A stretch of DNA of 64,000 bases, from contig CAWIAK010000015.1 of NCBI GenBank assembly GCA_963834045.1, positions 5,892 through 69,891 on the forward strand, read 5' to 3'. Position 1 is the first letter of the stretch. Each line of letters opens with the position of its first letter. Below are positions 1 through 11,014 of the stretch, piece by piece. Under the pieces are notes generated by a model. The model was given only the letters and a program-made list of their open reading frames with translations. It had not been told where the DNA came from and did not search any database. The stretch is from an uncultured beta proteobacterium (GTDB lineage: Bacteria > Pseudomonadota > Gammaproteobacteria > Burkholderiales > Casimicrobiaceae). The position numbers and the translations under genes were made by a program.

Positions 1-1403
1 CAAGCGTGGCCTCGTCGCCCTGCGCTTCCTTGCCGTAGACCGCGAGCCAGCCCGGCGACACGAGCACCTTGCCCTCGGTCTTGAACGGCTGCGCCTCCAC
101 GCGCGTGATGCGCGTGGTCAGCAGGAATTCGGCCGGCGGATAGAAAACGGCCAGGAAGCGGCGGACCACGAGATCGTAGAGCTTGGTCTCGATCTCGTTC
201 AGGTGCTTGGGCCGCGACAGCGTGGGAATGATCGCGAAGTGGTCCGAGATCTTGGAATTGTCGAAGATGCGCTTGTTGGGCCGGACCCATTTCTGCTTCA
301 GGATCTCGCGCGCGAAGCCGCCGAAGGCGTTGGACTCGGCCAGCTCCTCCATCGTCGCCTTCACCGTGCCGATGTAGTCCTCGGGCAGCGCGCGCGCGTC
401 GGTGCGCGGATACGTCAGCACCTTGTGCTTTTCATACAGCGCCTGCGCGAGCGACAGCGTCGTGCGCGCGGAAAAGCCGAAGCGGCCGTTGGCTTCGCGT
501 TGCAGGCTGGTCAGGTCGTACAAGAGCGGCGGGCCCTGTGTCGACGGCTTCGACTCCTCGGTGACTATCGCCGGGCTTGCCGGCCGTGAGCTCGGCGATC
601 GCGCGGGCGGGCGCCTCCTCCCACAGCCGCTCGGCGCGGGCATCGGGGTCGTCGTCGACCTTGCGGAATTTCTCGTCGAACCAGCGGCCCGTATATTCGC
701 CGCTCGCCGCGCGGAACGTGCCGACCAGTTCCCAATAGTTGCGCGCGCGGAAAGCGCGGATCTTCTCCTCGCGTTCGACCAGGATCGCGAGTGTGGGCGT
801 CTGCACGCGGCCCACCGTCGTGAGCTGGAAGCCGCCGGATTTGGAATTGAACGCGGTCATGGCCCGCGTGCCGTTGATGCCGACCAGCCAGTCGGACTCG
901 GAGCGGCACACGGCGGCATCGGCCAGCGGCAGCATGGCCTCGTCGGTTCGCAGTTGCGCGAACCCGTCGCGGATCGCCGCCGGCGTCATCGACTGCAGCC
1001 AGAGGCGCTTGATCGGCTTGCCCGATTTCGCGAACTGGACGATGTAGCGGAAGATGAGTTCACCCTCGCGTCCGGCATCGCAGGCGTTGATCAGCGCGGA
1101 GACATCCTTGCGCTTGATGAGCTTCAGCAGCGTCTTCAGGCGTCCTTCGTTCTTCTCGATCGGCTTCAGCGCGAATTTCGACGGAAGCGCCGGCAGGTGC
1201 GCGAAGGTCCACTTGCCGCGCTTGACCTCCTCGTCCTCGGGCATGCCGATCTCGAGCAGGTGCCCCACGGCCGACGAGACGACGTGCTTGTCGCTTTCGA
1301 AGTAGTCGTCGTGTTTCGCAAAGCCGCCCAGCGCACGCGTGATGTCGGCGGCGACGGAGGGCTTTTCGGCGATGATGAGGGTCTTGGACACGGGTTGGGT
1401 CAA
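1..1403 (-). CDS. topB: DNA topoisomerase III (type IA), runs off the window edge; frameshift near 565
   Basis: TOPRIM start [46 protein letters not shown]. Continues in another frame ([15 protein letters not shown], with the catalytic Tyr). Confidence 0.9.
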
Positions 1404-1526
1404 CGCTAAGGGACGCCGATACTAACCGGGGGAGGATGAGGGCGGCAAGAAAACGCATTTTTCAGGCATCCCAACGCGCGCGTGCGCGCGAGGGCGCGCG
1501 TACGCACGCGCGAGGGCCGCGCACTT

Positions 1527-2629
1527 TCACGTGCGGTGCAGACGTTGCCAGAGTCCGCCGGCAATGGCCGCCACGTGGGCCGCCAACTCGAGGTTGGTGA
1601 GCGCCGCCACGACAACATCCGGCGGCAACGCGGTTCGCGCCACCAGCGTATCGACGTCGGCGGAGTCGCCGCCCAGCGCGTCGAGCACGCTTCGTTCAGC
1701 GGCCGTCGCCGGCGTTTGCTTCTGGGTCGCCGCGTCGGCCGCAGGCGGACTCATGCCCAGCTCCTCGAGGATGTCCTGCGCCGTCTGGACCAGCTTGGCG
1801 CCTTCGCGGATGAGCTTGTGGCATCCCTTGGACAACGGCGAGTGAATCGAGCCCGGAATGGCGAACACTTCGCGGCCCTGTTCGCCGGCGTAGCGCGCGG
1901 TGATCAGCGAGCCGGACGACAGCGCGGCCTCCACCACCAGCACGCCGCGCGCGAGTCCGCTGATCAGCCGGTTGCGGCGCGGAAAATTCTTCTCCCTGGG
2001 CGGCGTGCCCGGCGGGAATTCGGAGATCAAGCCTCCGCCTTCGGCAATTCGATGGGCGAGTTCGCGATTGCTCGCCGGATAGACGCGATCGAGGCCGGTG
2101 CCGACGACGGCGAGCGTCGAGCCTGCGGCCGTCAGCGCACCCGCGTGCGCGGCCGCATCGACGCCGACTGGCCAGGCCCGAGACGATGGTGAGCCCGGCC
2201 TGCGCCAAGGCCTGCGCGAAAGCGCGCGCGTTCTCGGCGCCCTGCGCGGTCGCATTGCGGCTGCCGACGATCGCCAGCGCCGGTCGATTGAGGAGTTCGC
2301 GGCGTCCGACGAAGAACAGCGCCGGCGGCGCGAAGCCCAACTCGAGAAGCGCGCGCGGATAGTCCGGGTCATCCCAGGCGATGATTTCGTGCGCGGGCGT
2401 CGGCGAGCCACGCGCGGGTCGCCGCCATCGCGTCCTCGTCGACGGGCTCGCGAATGCGCGCGGCGACGACATCCGGAACGACCGCGCCCAGCTGCGCGCG
2501 CGTGGCGGCCAGTACGGCGACCGGATCGCCGAACGCGCGCAACAGCGCGACCAGCGACTGGTGGGGCAGGGCCTTGAGCGACAACGTCGCCCAGGCCTCC
2601 GGGATCGAGGCGGCGACGGACATGGGCAA
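1527..2629 (-). CDS. dprA: DNA-processing protein DprA/Smf (frameshifted near 2400 and 2170)
   Basis: [65 protein letters not shown]; C-terminal winged-helix-like tail. Confidence 0.93.
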
Positions 2630-2684
2630 AGAATACGCGGCGGCCCGGGCTGGCCGCTATTGGACGAATGGCCGACCGCGCGCC

Positions 2685-3799
2685 TTAAGGGGTGCGGCCG
2701 TAGTCGCCGGGACGAACCGGATCGGTCGTGTTCAGCAGCACCGCATACGACACGTAGTCGAACGTGCGGAACACGAACATCAGTCCCGTGCGCTCGTCGG
2801 CGGGCGCGACCAGCACATCGGGCGTGAACACCTTGGTCGGGTCGAGGAAGCGCAGGATGGCCGACTGTTGCTTCGACGGGCGCGGATCGGGAATCGGTTC
2901 GACGCTGCGGTACACGGCCAGCACGTTGCCGGGCTGCAGGCCGTCCGCCTTGCCCTTGTCGAGCGTGATCGACGTAGCCGCGGCCGGTCTCGGTGTTGGT
3001 GAATGGGACCTTCAGGATGCGGGCGTCGATCGCCTTGTCGGGCGCGCGGGGGACGTAGTTCGCCACCGTCTCGCGCGGCGCGGGCAAGAGCCGGTCGCCG
3101 ATGAGAACCTCGAGATCCGCGGACTCGATGCGCACGGTGGAGAGCTCGCCGAATTTCTCGACGCGCGCGGTGCCGATGAACTTGCTTTCATAGCCCAGCA
3201 CGTTGACGCCGTCGAGCGTGGTGATCGGGGGACCGGGGCGATAGATGTACCAGTAGTCGCCCGCCTTCGGATCCAGCCCGGCGACGTAGACGATGTCGCC
3301 GCGGCCACGGACCAGGCGCGCGGCGTTGCGCCCGGAAAGAATTTCCGCCGTGTTGGCCAGTCCGTCGGGTCCCGTGACGAGGTTCTTCGACAGGTACGGC
3401 TCGAGGTCGCCGGGCGGAATGGACGGGATGACCTCGATGTCGAGCGCCGATGCGCGCGTCTGTGGCGAAACGCGGACGCCGTTGCGCGTCAGCGACAGCT
3501 GCGGCTGGCCGTCCACGTAGTCGAGCCGGACGACGTCGCCCGGATAGATCAGGTGCGGATTCTTGATCTGGTCGCGGTTCATCCGCCAGATGTCGGGCCA
3601 GCGCCACGGGTCCTTGAGGAACTTGCCGGAGATGCCCCAGAGGGTGTCGCCTTTTTGCACCGTATAGCTCGACGGCGCCCTGTCCGCGATCTGCGAGGCC
3701 CTGCGGGTTCTGCGCTCCGGCCAAGCTGCCGAAGGCAAGCGTGCCCGCCGCGGCGACGGCCGCGAGCAGGTGCTTCGCTGTGGTAAACTGTTGAACCAT
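2685..3799 (-). CDS. LysM peptidoglycan-binding protein (TsaP-like), frameshifted
   Basis: Signal peptide, then [39 protein letters not shown]. Sits in the usual slot between dprA and def. Confidence 0.85.
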
Positions 3800-3923
3800 A
3801 ACGGCTCTTCCCTAGGTTACCGCGGGGGGCGGCTTATGCCGACGTCTTAAACCAACGTCCTAAACCGCCGCAAAATAAGGACTTAACACGGATTCTGCAT
3901 CCGGCACCTGCATTTGGCAAGCT

Positions 3924-4427
3924 ATGGCGCTCCTTCCCATACTGGAATACCCCGATCCGCGTCTCAAAAAAGTCGCGGCGCCGGTCACGGCCTTCACGCC
4001 CGACGTCGTCAGGCTGGTCCGGGACATGGCCGAGACCATGTACGCGGCGCCCGGCGTCGGCCTGGCCGCGACCCAGGTCGACGTGCACAAGCGGGTCATC
4101 GTCATCGACGTCTCCGACGCCCGGGACGACCTGGTGGTGCTGGTCAATCCGGAAATCATCGCTGCCTCCGGCGAAATCGAATGCGAGGAGGGCTGCCTTT
4201 CGGTGCCCGGGTACTTCGACAAGGTCGTTCGCGCGGCGCGGGTCACCGTGCGCGCCTGGAACGAGCGCGGCAAGCCGTTCGAGCGCACCGCCGAGGAAAT
4301 GCTCGCCGTATGCGTGCAGCACGAAATGGACCACCTCGTGGGCAGGATGTTCGTCGACTACCTCTCGCCGCTGAAGCGCGCCCGGCTCAAGAACAAGCAG
4401 CGCAAGAAACAGCGGCTCGCGGGTTGA
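3924..4427 (+). CDS. def: Peptide deformylase
   Basis: [16 protein letters not shown] and QHEMDHL motifs. Confidence 0.97.
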   Translation: MALLPILEYPDPRLKKVAAPVTAFTPDVVRLVRDMAETMYAAPGVGLAATQVDVHKRVIVIDVSDARDDLVVLVNPEIIAASGEIECEEGCLSVPGYFDKVVRAARVTVRAWNERGKPFERTAEEMLAVCVQHEMDHLVGRMFVDYLSPLKRARLKNKQRKKQRLAG

Positions 4428-4446
4428 TTCCGCCCGTACGCGCGCA

Positions 4447-5398
4447 ATGAGGGTCGGCTTTGCCGGCACGCCCGGCTTCGCCGCTCAGGCGCTCGCACGC
4501 CATCCTTGCGGCCGGCTTCGACGTCCCGCTGGTGCTGACCCAGCCCGACCGGCCCAAAGGGCGCGGCCTCGTCGCCGAACCGTCGCCGGTCAAGCGCCTT
4601 GCCGGGGAGCGGAGGCTGGCCGTGCTGCAGCCCGCCACGCTCAAGACCGATGAAGCGCGCGCGCCGCTCCTGGCCGTGCCGCTGGACGTGCTGGTGGTCG
4701 CCGCCTACGGATTGATCCTGCCGCCTGCCGTCCTTTCCTGGCCGCGCTACGGCTGCCTCAACATCCACGCCTCGGCGCTTCCGCGCTGGCGCGGCGCGGC
4801 GCCGATCCAGCGCGCCATCGCGGCCGGCGACACCGCGACCGGCGTCACGATCATGCAAATGGATGCCGGGCTCGATACCGGAGCCATGGTCGAACTCGTC
4901 CCGGTGCCGATCGATCCGCGCGAAACCGCGGCGACGCTGCACGACAAGCTGGCGGCCGCCGGGGCCGCCGCCGTCGTGGACGTCTTGAGGCGCCTGGCGC
5001 GCGACGGCGTCGCTGAACGCGACGCCGCAGCCCGCGACGGGCGCCACCTATGCCGCCAAGGTCGAGCGCGCCGACGCAGCCATCGATTGGTCCGGCTCCG
5101 CCGACGCGATCGACCGGCAGGTCCGCGCCTTCGATCCGGTGCCCGGAGCGACCACTCACTTCGTCGCGTCTGGCCGTCAAGGTCTGGCGCGCGGAACCCG
5201 TTGCCGGCGCTGATGGCGCGCCGGCGGGCACAGTACTCGCCGTAGGCAAGGACGGCATCGACGTGGCCTGCGGCAAGCGGCGCGTTGCGGCTGCGCGAGG
5301 TGCAGCCCGCCAGCGGCAAGCGCATGCCGGCATCCGCCTTCGCCGCCGGGCACGGCGTTGCGCCGGGAACGCGCTTCGGCGCGTCCGCAGCGTCCTGA
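4447..5398 (+). CDS. fmt: Methionyl-tRNA formyltransferase (frameshifted)
   Basis: [54 protein letters not shown]. Confidence 0.95.
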
Positions 5399-5414
5399 CG
5401 CTTCGTCCTCGAAC

Positions 5415-6716
5415 ATGCAGATCGAACAGCAGCAGGCGGCGCTCGCCGTCCTGCACGTCTTCGAGGGCATGGCGCTCCCGGCGGCGCTCGCGGCGGTCGA
5501 CGATGGTTCGCGCGCTGCGCGGCCGGACGCTGGTGCAGGAACTTGCCTACGGAACGCTGCGGCACTGGGGCCGCTGCGAGGCGCTGACGCGGGCGCTGGC
5601 GGCCAAGCCCATCACCGATGCGTCGCTCGCGGCGCTGGTCGCCGTCGCGCTGTATCAACTCGACCACACCGACGCGCCGCCGTTCGCCGTCGTCGACCGC
5701 GCGGTCGATGCCGCCGGCGCTCATCGCCCGCCCGCAGGCGAAGGCGCTGGTCAACGCGATGCTGCGCCGCTACCTGCGCGAACGCGACGCGCTGAACGCG
5801 CAGGTCGCCGCGGCGAGCCCGGTCGCGCGCTGGTCGTATCCGCGCTGGTGGATCGGCCGCGTCGAGGCCGACCATCCGCAGCACTGGCAGGCGATCCTCG
5901 CCGCCGGCAACGAGCGTCCGCCGCTCACGCTGCGCGTCAATCGCCGGGCGGGCACGCGCGAGGCGCTGCTCGCGGCATTCGCGGCGGCCGGGGTGGCATG
6001 CAAGTGCCGCGGGCGCGGAAGGGATCATCGTCGACCCGCCGCGGCCGGTGACCGGGTTGCCCGGATTCGCCGAAGGCGCGTTCGCCGTGCAGGACCTGGG
6101 CGCGCAACTGGCCGCGCCGATGCTCGCCCCGCGCGACGGCATGCGCGTGCTGGACGCCTGCGCCGCGCCCGGCGGCAAGGCCGCGCATCTGCTCGAACTG
6201 GCCGACATCGAGCTGACGGCGCTCGATCGCGACGAGGCGCGCCTGCCGCGCGTCCGCGAGAACCTGGCGCGACTGCGGCACGCTGCGCGCAACGTGCGCG
6301 TGGTTGCCGGCGACGCGGGCGAGCCGTCGCAGTGGTGGGACGGCAGGCCATTCGACCGGATCCTGGCCGACGTGCCGTGCACGGCGTCGGGCATCGTGCG
6401 CCGCCATCCGGACGCCAAGTGGCTGCGGCGCAAGTCCGACCTCGCGGACCTGGCGGCGAAGCAGCAGCGAATCCTGCGGGCGCTGTGGCCGCTGCTGGCG
6501 CCCGGCGGGCTGCTCCTTTATGCGACCTGTTCGGTGTTTGCCGCCGAAAACGAGCACGGCGTACGCGACTTCCTGGCCGAAACGCCGGAAGCGTTGCGCG
6601 AAACCATCAGATTCGACCCGGAAATCCCCCATGAAGGCGGCCAACTCTTGCCTTCCGGGAAGGGCACGCGCCACAATCAGGACGGTTTCTTCTACGCGCT
6701 GCTCCGCAAGGCCTGA
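5415..6716 (+). CDS. rsmB: 16S rRNA m5C967 methyltransferase (frameshifted)
   Basis: NusB-like N-terminus, LRVN, VQDLGAQ, LDACAAPGGK, DVPCTASG, YATCS, DGFFYA. Confidence 0.95.
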
Positions 6717-6812
6717 CGCGGGCGGACTGGCTGTCAAATGCCACGATCGCCCCGTCGCAACGTGGCGGTCCCAAAGCCGCGCCGCCGGAACCGAACCTCG
6801 ATTGTCTCCGGC

Positions 6813-7421
6813 ATGCCGTTCCGCTTCCCGTCCTTGTCCTGCCCCGCTCGCCGCGCGCGCAATGCCGGCAGGCGGCGCTCGGCTTGCTGGCGGTGCTGCT
6901 GGCGGCGCGTGTGCTGGCTGGCCGCGCCGGCGCGCGCCGACACGATCCCCGTCAAGGCGGCCGAGCTGCGGATCGAGGAAGGCGAGGTCCTGCTCAACGC
7001 GGAATTCGAATTCTCGCTCAACCCGACGCTCGAGGAGGCGCTGGAAAAGGGCATCCCGCTCTATTTCGTCCTCGACTTCGAGCTCACGCGCGGCCGCTGG
7101 TACTGGCTGGACGAAAAGGTCGCGCAGACGGCGCTCGTCTACCGCGTTTCCTACAACGCGCTGACCCGCCAATACCGGGTCGCGAGCGGGCTGCTCACGC
7201 AGACATTCAATTCGCTGGAGGAGGTCGAGCGCTTCATCGGGCGGATCACGTCGCGGCCCGTCGCGTCCGCCGACGCGCTGACCAAGGGCGCCAAGTACGA
7301 CGCCGCGGTGCGCCTGCGCCTCGACGTCAACCAGCTGCCGAAGCCGTTCCAGGTCAATGCGCTGGCGTCGCGCGAGTGGACGCTCGCCTCCGACTGGCAG
7401 CGCTGGAGCTTCACGCCATGA
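6813..7421 (+). CDS. DUF4390 periplasmic protein (start approximate)
   Basis: LEEALEKGIPLYF, RWYWLDE, SYNALTRQYRV, QLPKPFQVNAL; the conserved rsmB-DUF4390-ntrY-ntrX order. Confidence 0.85.
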   Translation: MPFRFPSLSCPARRARNAGRRRSACWRCCWRRVCWLAAPARADTIPVKAAELRIEEGEVLLNAEFEFSLNPTLEEALEKGIPLYFVLDFELTRGRWYWLDEKVAQTALVYRVSYNALTRQYRVASGLLTQTFNSLEEVERFIGRITSRPVASADALTKGAKYDAAVRLRLDVNQLPKPFQVNALASREWTLASDWQRWSFTP

Positions 7422-7517
7422 GCGCGCGGCCGTCATGAGCCCGCCGGCCCCCAAGGCGCGAATTGCGCCCCTGGCGGCAGCGAACGCAGTGAGCGTGGGG
7501 GTCGTTCATGAGCGCGC
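7418..7517. repeat. REP/MITE-like palindromic insert between direct ATGAGCGCGC repeats
   Basis: ATGAGCGCGC at 7418 and 7508; GGCCCCCA...TGGGGGTC terminal pairing; internal GGCGC/GCGCC hairpin. Confidence 0.6.
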
Positions 7518-9683
7518 TGCCCGGCAAGCGCGGACTGCGCTGGCTGCTGCTGGTGTCGGCGTCGCTGTCGGCGATCGCGGTGTTCCTGCTCGCCACGGCG
7601 ACCGCGAACACCGCGCTGTTCGCGCAGGGCTACGACACGCTGCTCGTCGTCAACGGCGTGCTGGTCGGGCTGCTGATGCTCGTCGTCGGCTGGCAGCTCT
7701 GGCAGCTGCGGCGCAACCTGAAGGCCGGCGTCTTCGGCTCGCGGCTGGCGGTGCGCCTCGTGCTGCTGTTCGCGCTGGTCGCCGGATTGCCGGGCGCGCT
7801 GGTGTACGCCGTGTCGGCGCAGTTCATCGGCCGCAGCATCGAGAGCTGGTTCGACGTGCGCGTCGACCGCGCGCTCGACAGCGGCTTGACGCTCGCCGAC
7901 AGCTCGCTCAAGTACCTGCTCAACGACACGACGAACAAGGCCACGCAGCTGGCCGTCGCGCTGTCCGACGCGCCGGGCAACCTGTCGAGCGCGCTGAACC
8001 GCGCCGCCGAACAGGCGAGCGTGTTCGAGGCGACGCTGTTCACGCCGACCGGCGGCGTGCTGGCGGTCGCCGGCACCGGCGGCTCGCGCGCGACGCCCGA
8101 GCCGCCGCCGCCGGAAGCGCTGCGGCTCGCGCGCCTGCAGCAGCCGTACAAGAAGATCGAGGAGACCGGCGAAGGCGGCCTGGCGCTGCGCGTCGTGGTG
8201 CCGGTGAACACCGACGACGCGGCCAATCCGCTCAAGCTGCTGCAGGTGATCGAACCCGTGCCCAAGGCACTGGCGCAGGAAGCCGAGCGCGTTCAGTCCG
8301 GCGTGCGCGACTATCGCGAGCTCACGCTGCTGCGGCAGGGCTTGAAGCAGCTCTACCAGCTGACGCTGCTGCTGACGCTGCTGCTCGCGCTGACGACGGC
8401 GCTGGGCCTGGCGGTGGTGCTGTCCGAGCGATTCGCGGCGCCGCTCGGGCTGCTCGCCGAAGGCACGCGCGCGGTCGCGCAGGGCGATTTCACGCGCCGC
8501 CAGCCGGTCGTCTCGCGCGACGAACTGGGCGTGCTGACCGAATCGTTCAACACGATGACGGCGCAATTGGCCGAAGCGCAGGGCAAGGCCGAGGACAGCC
8601 GGCGCGCGACCGAGACGACGCGCGCGTATCTGGACAGCATCCTCGGCAACCTGTCGTCGGGCGTGCTCGCCTTCGACGAGCGGCATCGTCTGCGCACCGT
8701 CAATCCGAGCGCCGCGGTGATCCTGCAGCAGCCGCTCGCGGAGCTGATCGGCATGCCGCTGGCGGACTGGGGCAAGCGGCTGCCGGCGCTGGCGTCGTTC
8801 GCCGAACTGGTCGCCGAAGGCTTTCGCGGCGGCCGCGACGGGCAATGGCAGCGGAGGCCGAACTGGGCGTGGCCAACCTTTCGCGCACGCTGCTGATGCG
8901 CGGAACGCGGCTGCCGGGCACGCCGGTCGCCGCGCGGCTACATCGTGGTCTTCGACGACGTGTCCGAACTGGTGCAGGCGCAGCGCGATGCCGCGTGGGC
9001 GGAAGTCGCGCGGCGCCTGGCGCACGAGATCAAGAACCCGTTGACGCCGATCCAGCTTTCGGCGGAGCGGCTCGCGGTCAAGCTCGCCGGCAAAACTCGA
9101 AGGCCCGGACCAGGAGACACTGAAGCGCGGCACGCAGACGATCGTGTCGCAGGTCGGCGCGATGAAGAACATGGTCGACGACTTCGCCATCTATGCGCGG
9201 CAGCCGCGGCCGGGACAGCTGCAGCAGGTCGATCTGGCGGCCCTCTTGCTCGACGTGCTGGGTCTGTACGACAATCTGCGCCCACACGTTGCGTTATCCT
9301 TGCCCGAAGCGCCGGTCATGGTCCAGGGCGAGCCCACCCGCCTGCGCCAGGTGTTCCACAATCTCCTCTCGAACGCGGTCGACGCGCAGGTCGACGTGGC
9401 CGAGCCGCATTTTGCGATCGCGCTGTCCGCGAGCGGGAGCGAGGCCACGCTCACCTTTGCCGATGGCGGGCCGGGTTTTGCGGCGGACGTGCTGGAGCAC
9501 GCGTTCGAGCCGTATGTGACGACCAAAGCGAAAGGAACGGGCCTGGGGCTCGCGATAGTGAAAAAGATCATCGATGAGCACGGCGGACGTGTCGTGCTCG
9601 ACAACGCGCAGCCTACCGGCGCGCGCGTGACGCTGCATTTTCCGACCCTGCCGGCCGCGAAACCTGCCGCCGCCGCGGCCTGA
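7508..9683 (+). CDS. ntrY: NtrY/PlrS-like HAMP-PAS sensor histidine kinase (frameshifts near 8860-9110)
   Basis: Several TM segments, HAMP ([13 protein letters not shown]), H-box [29 protein letters not shown] boxes ([26 protein letters not shown]). Confidence 0.88.
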
Positions 9684-9694
9684 CGGAAGAATCA

Positions 9695-10985
9695 ATGGCA
9701 CCACTGCATCGGGAAATACTCATCGTCGACGACGAAGTCGGCATTCGCGAATTGCTGTCGGAGATCCTCCAGGACGAAGGCTATCGCGTCGCGACGGCCG
9801 AGAACGCGGGCGAGGCGCGCGCGTACCGGCTGAAGCAGCAGCCGGCCCTGGTGCTGCTCGACATCTGGATGCCGGATACCGACGGCGTGACGCTGCTGCG
9901 CGAGTGGGCGGGCAGCGGCCTGCTCACGATGCCGGTCGTGATGATGTCCGGGCACGGCACGATCGAAACCGCCGTCGACGCGACCAAGATCGGCGCGTTC
10001 GACTTCCTCGAGAAGCCGATCGGCCTGTCCAAGCTGCTGGCGACGATCGCGCGCGCGTTCAAGGTCGCCGCGACGCAGGAGCCGCGCCACGTTTCGCTGG
10101 CCGCGCTGGGCGGCGGCGCCGCCGTGCGGGAGACCGAACGCGCGCTGGACCAACTGGTCGCCGCGCGGCGCGCGATACTGATCGTCGGCGAACCCGGCGC
10201 CGGGCACGACATCGCGGCGCGCGCGCTGCAGATGCCGGACGCGCCGTGGATCGCGCTGGCCAACGGACAGCGGCTGACCGCGAATCCGCTGGCGCTGATC
10301 GAGGAGGCGCACGAAGGCACGCTGTATTGCGCGGAGATCGGACAGTATTCCAAGGCCGAGCAGAAGGGACTGGCGTTCCTGCTGCCCAAGCTCGAGAGCC
10401 ACGACGTGACGCTGGTGTGCACGAGCGCCGAGCCGCTGGGCAATCTCGCCGCCGAGGGCAAGTTCGACGCGGCGCTGCTGGCGCAGCTGTCGCGCGGGCG
10501 CGGTCATGCTGCCGCCGCTGCGCACGCGCCGCGAGGACATCCCGCCGCTGATCGAGCGCTTCTGGCGCGACGCGAACAAGGGCGCGACGGCGCCGCCGCT
10601 GCTGTCCGCGCTGCCCCCCGCCGCGCTTACCGCGCTCTCCAACGCGTACTGGCCGGGCAATCTCGATCATCTCGCCGGCGTCGTGCAGAACCTGGTGCTG
10701 CTGCGCGGCGAGGTCACGGTCGACCTCGTCAAGCGCCTGCTCGGCGAGGCGGCCGCGCCCAATCCGTCGCTTGCCCCCGAAATCACCGCGCACTTCTTCG
10801 AGATCCCGCTGCGCGAAGCGCGCGAGGCGTTCGAGCGCATCTATTTCGAGCAGCTGCTGGGCAAGGAGCAGAGCAACATGAGCAAGGTCGCGGAAAAGGC
10901 GGGCCTCGAACGCACGCATCTCTATCGCAAGCTGAAGCAGCTCAACATCCGCTTCTCGCGCCGCACGGACGAAACGCCGACCTAG
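9695..10985 (+). CDS. ntrX: NtrX-like response regulator: REC, degenerate AAA+ and Fis HTH (frameshift near 10500)
   Basis: [26 protein letters not shown]; C-terminal [13 protein letters not shown]...[12 protein letters not shown]. Confidence 0.88.
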
Positions 10986-11014
10986 TCGCCGGGCACCCGG
11001 CCGCGACGCCCCAC

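Noticed and set aside
1696-3738. Apparent LysM-DprA fusion ORF (680 aa)
   Set aside because: A chimera of frameshifted segments; each gene has its own start and stop.
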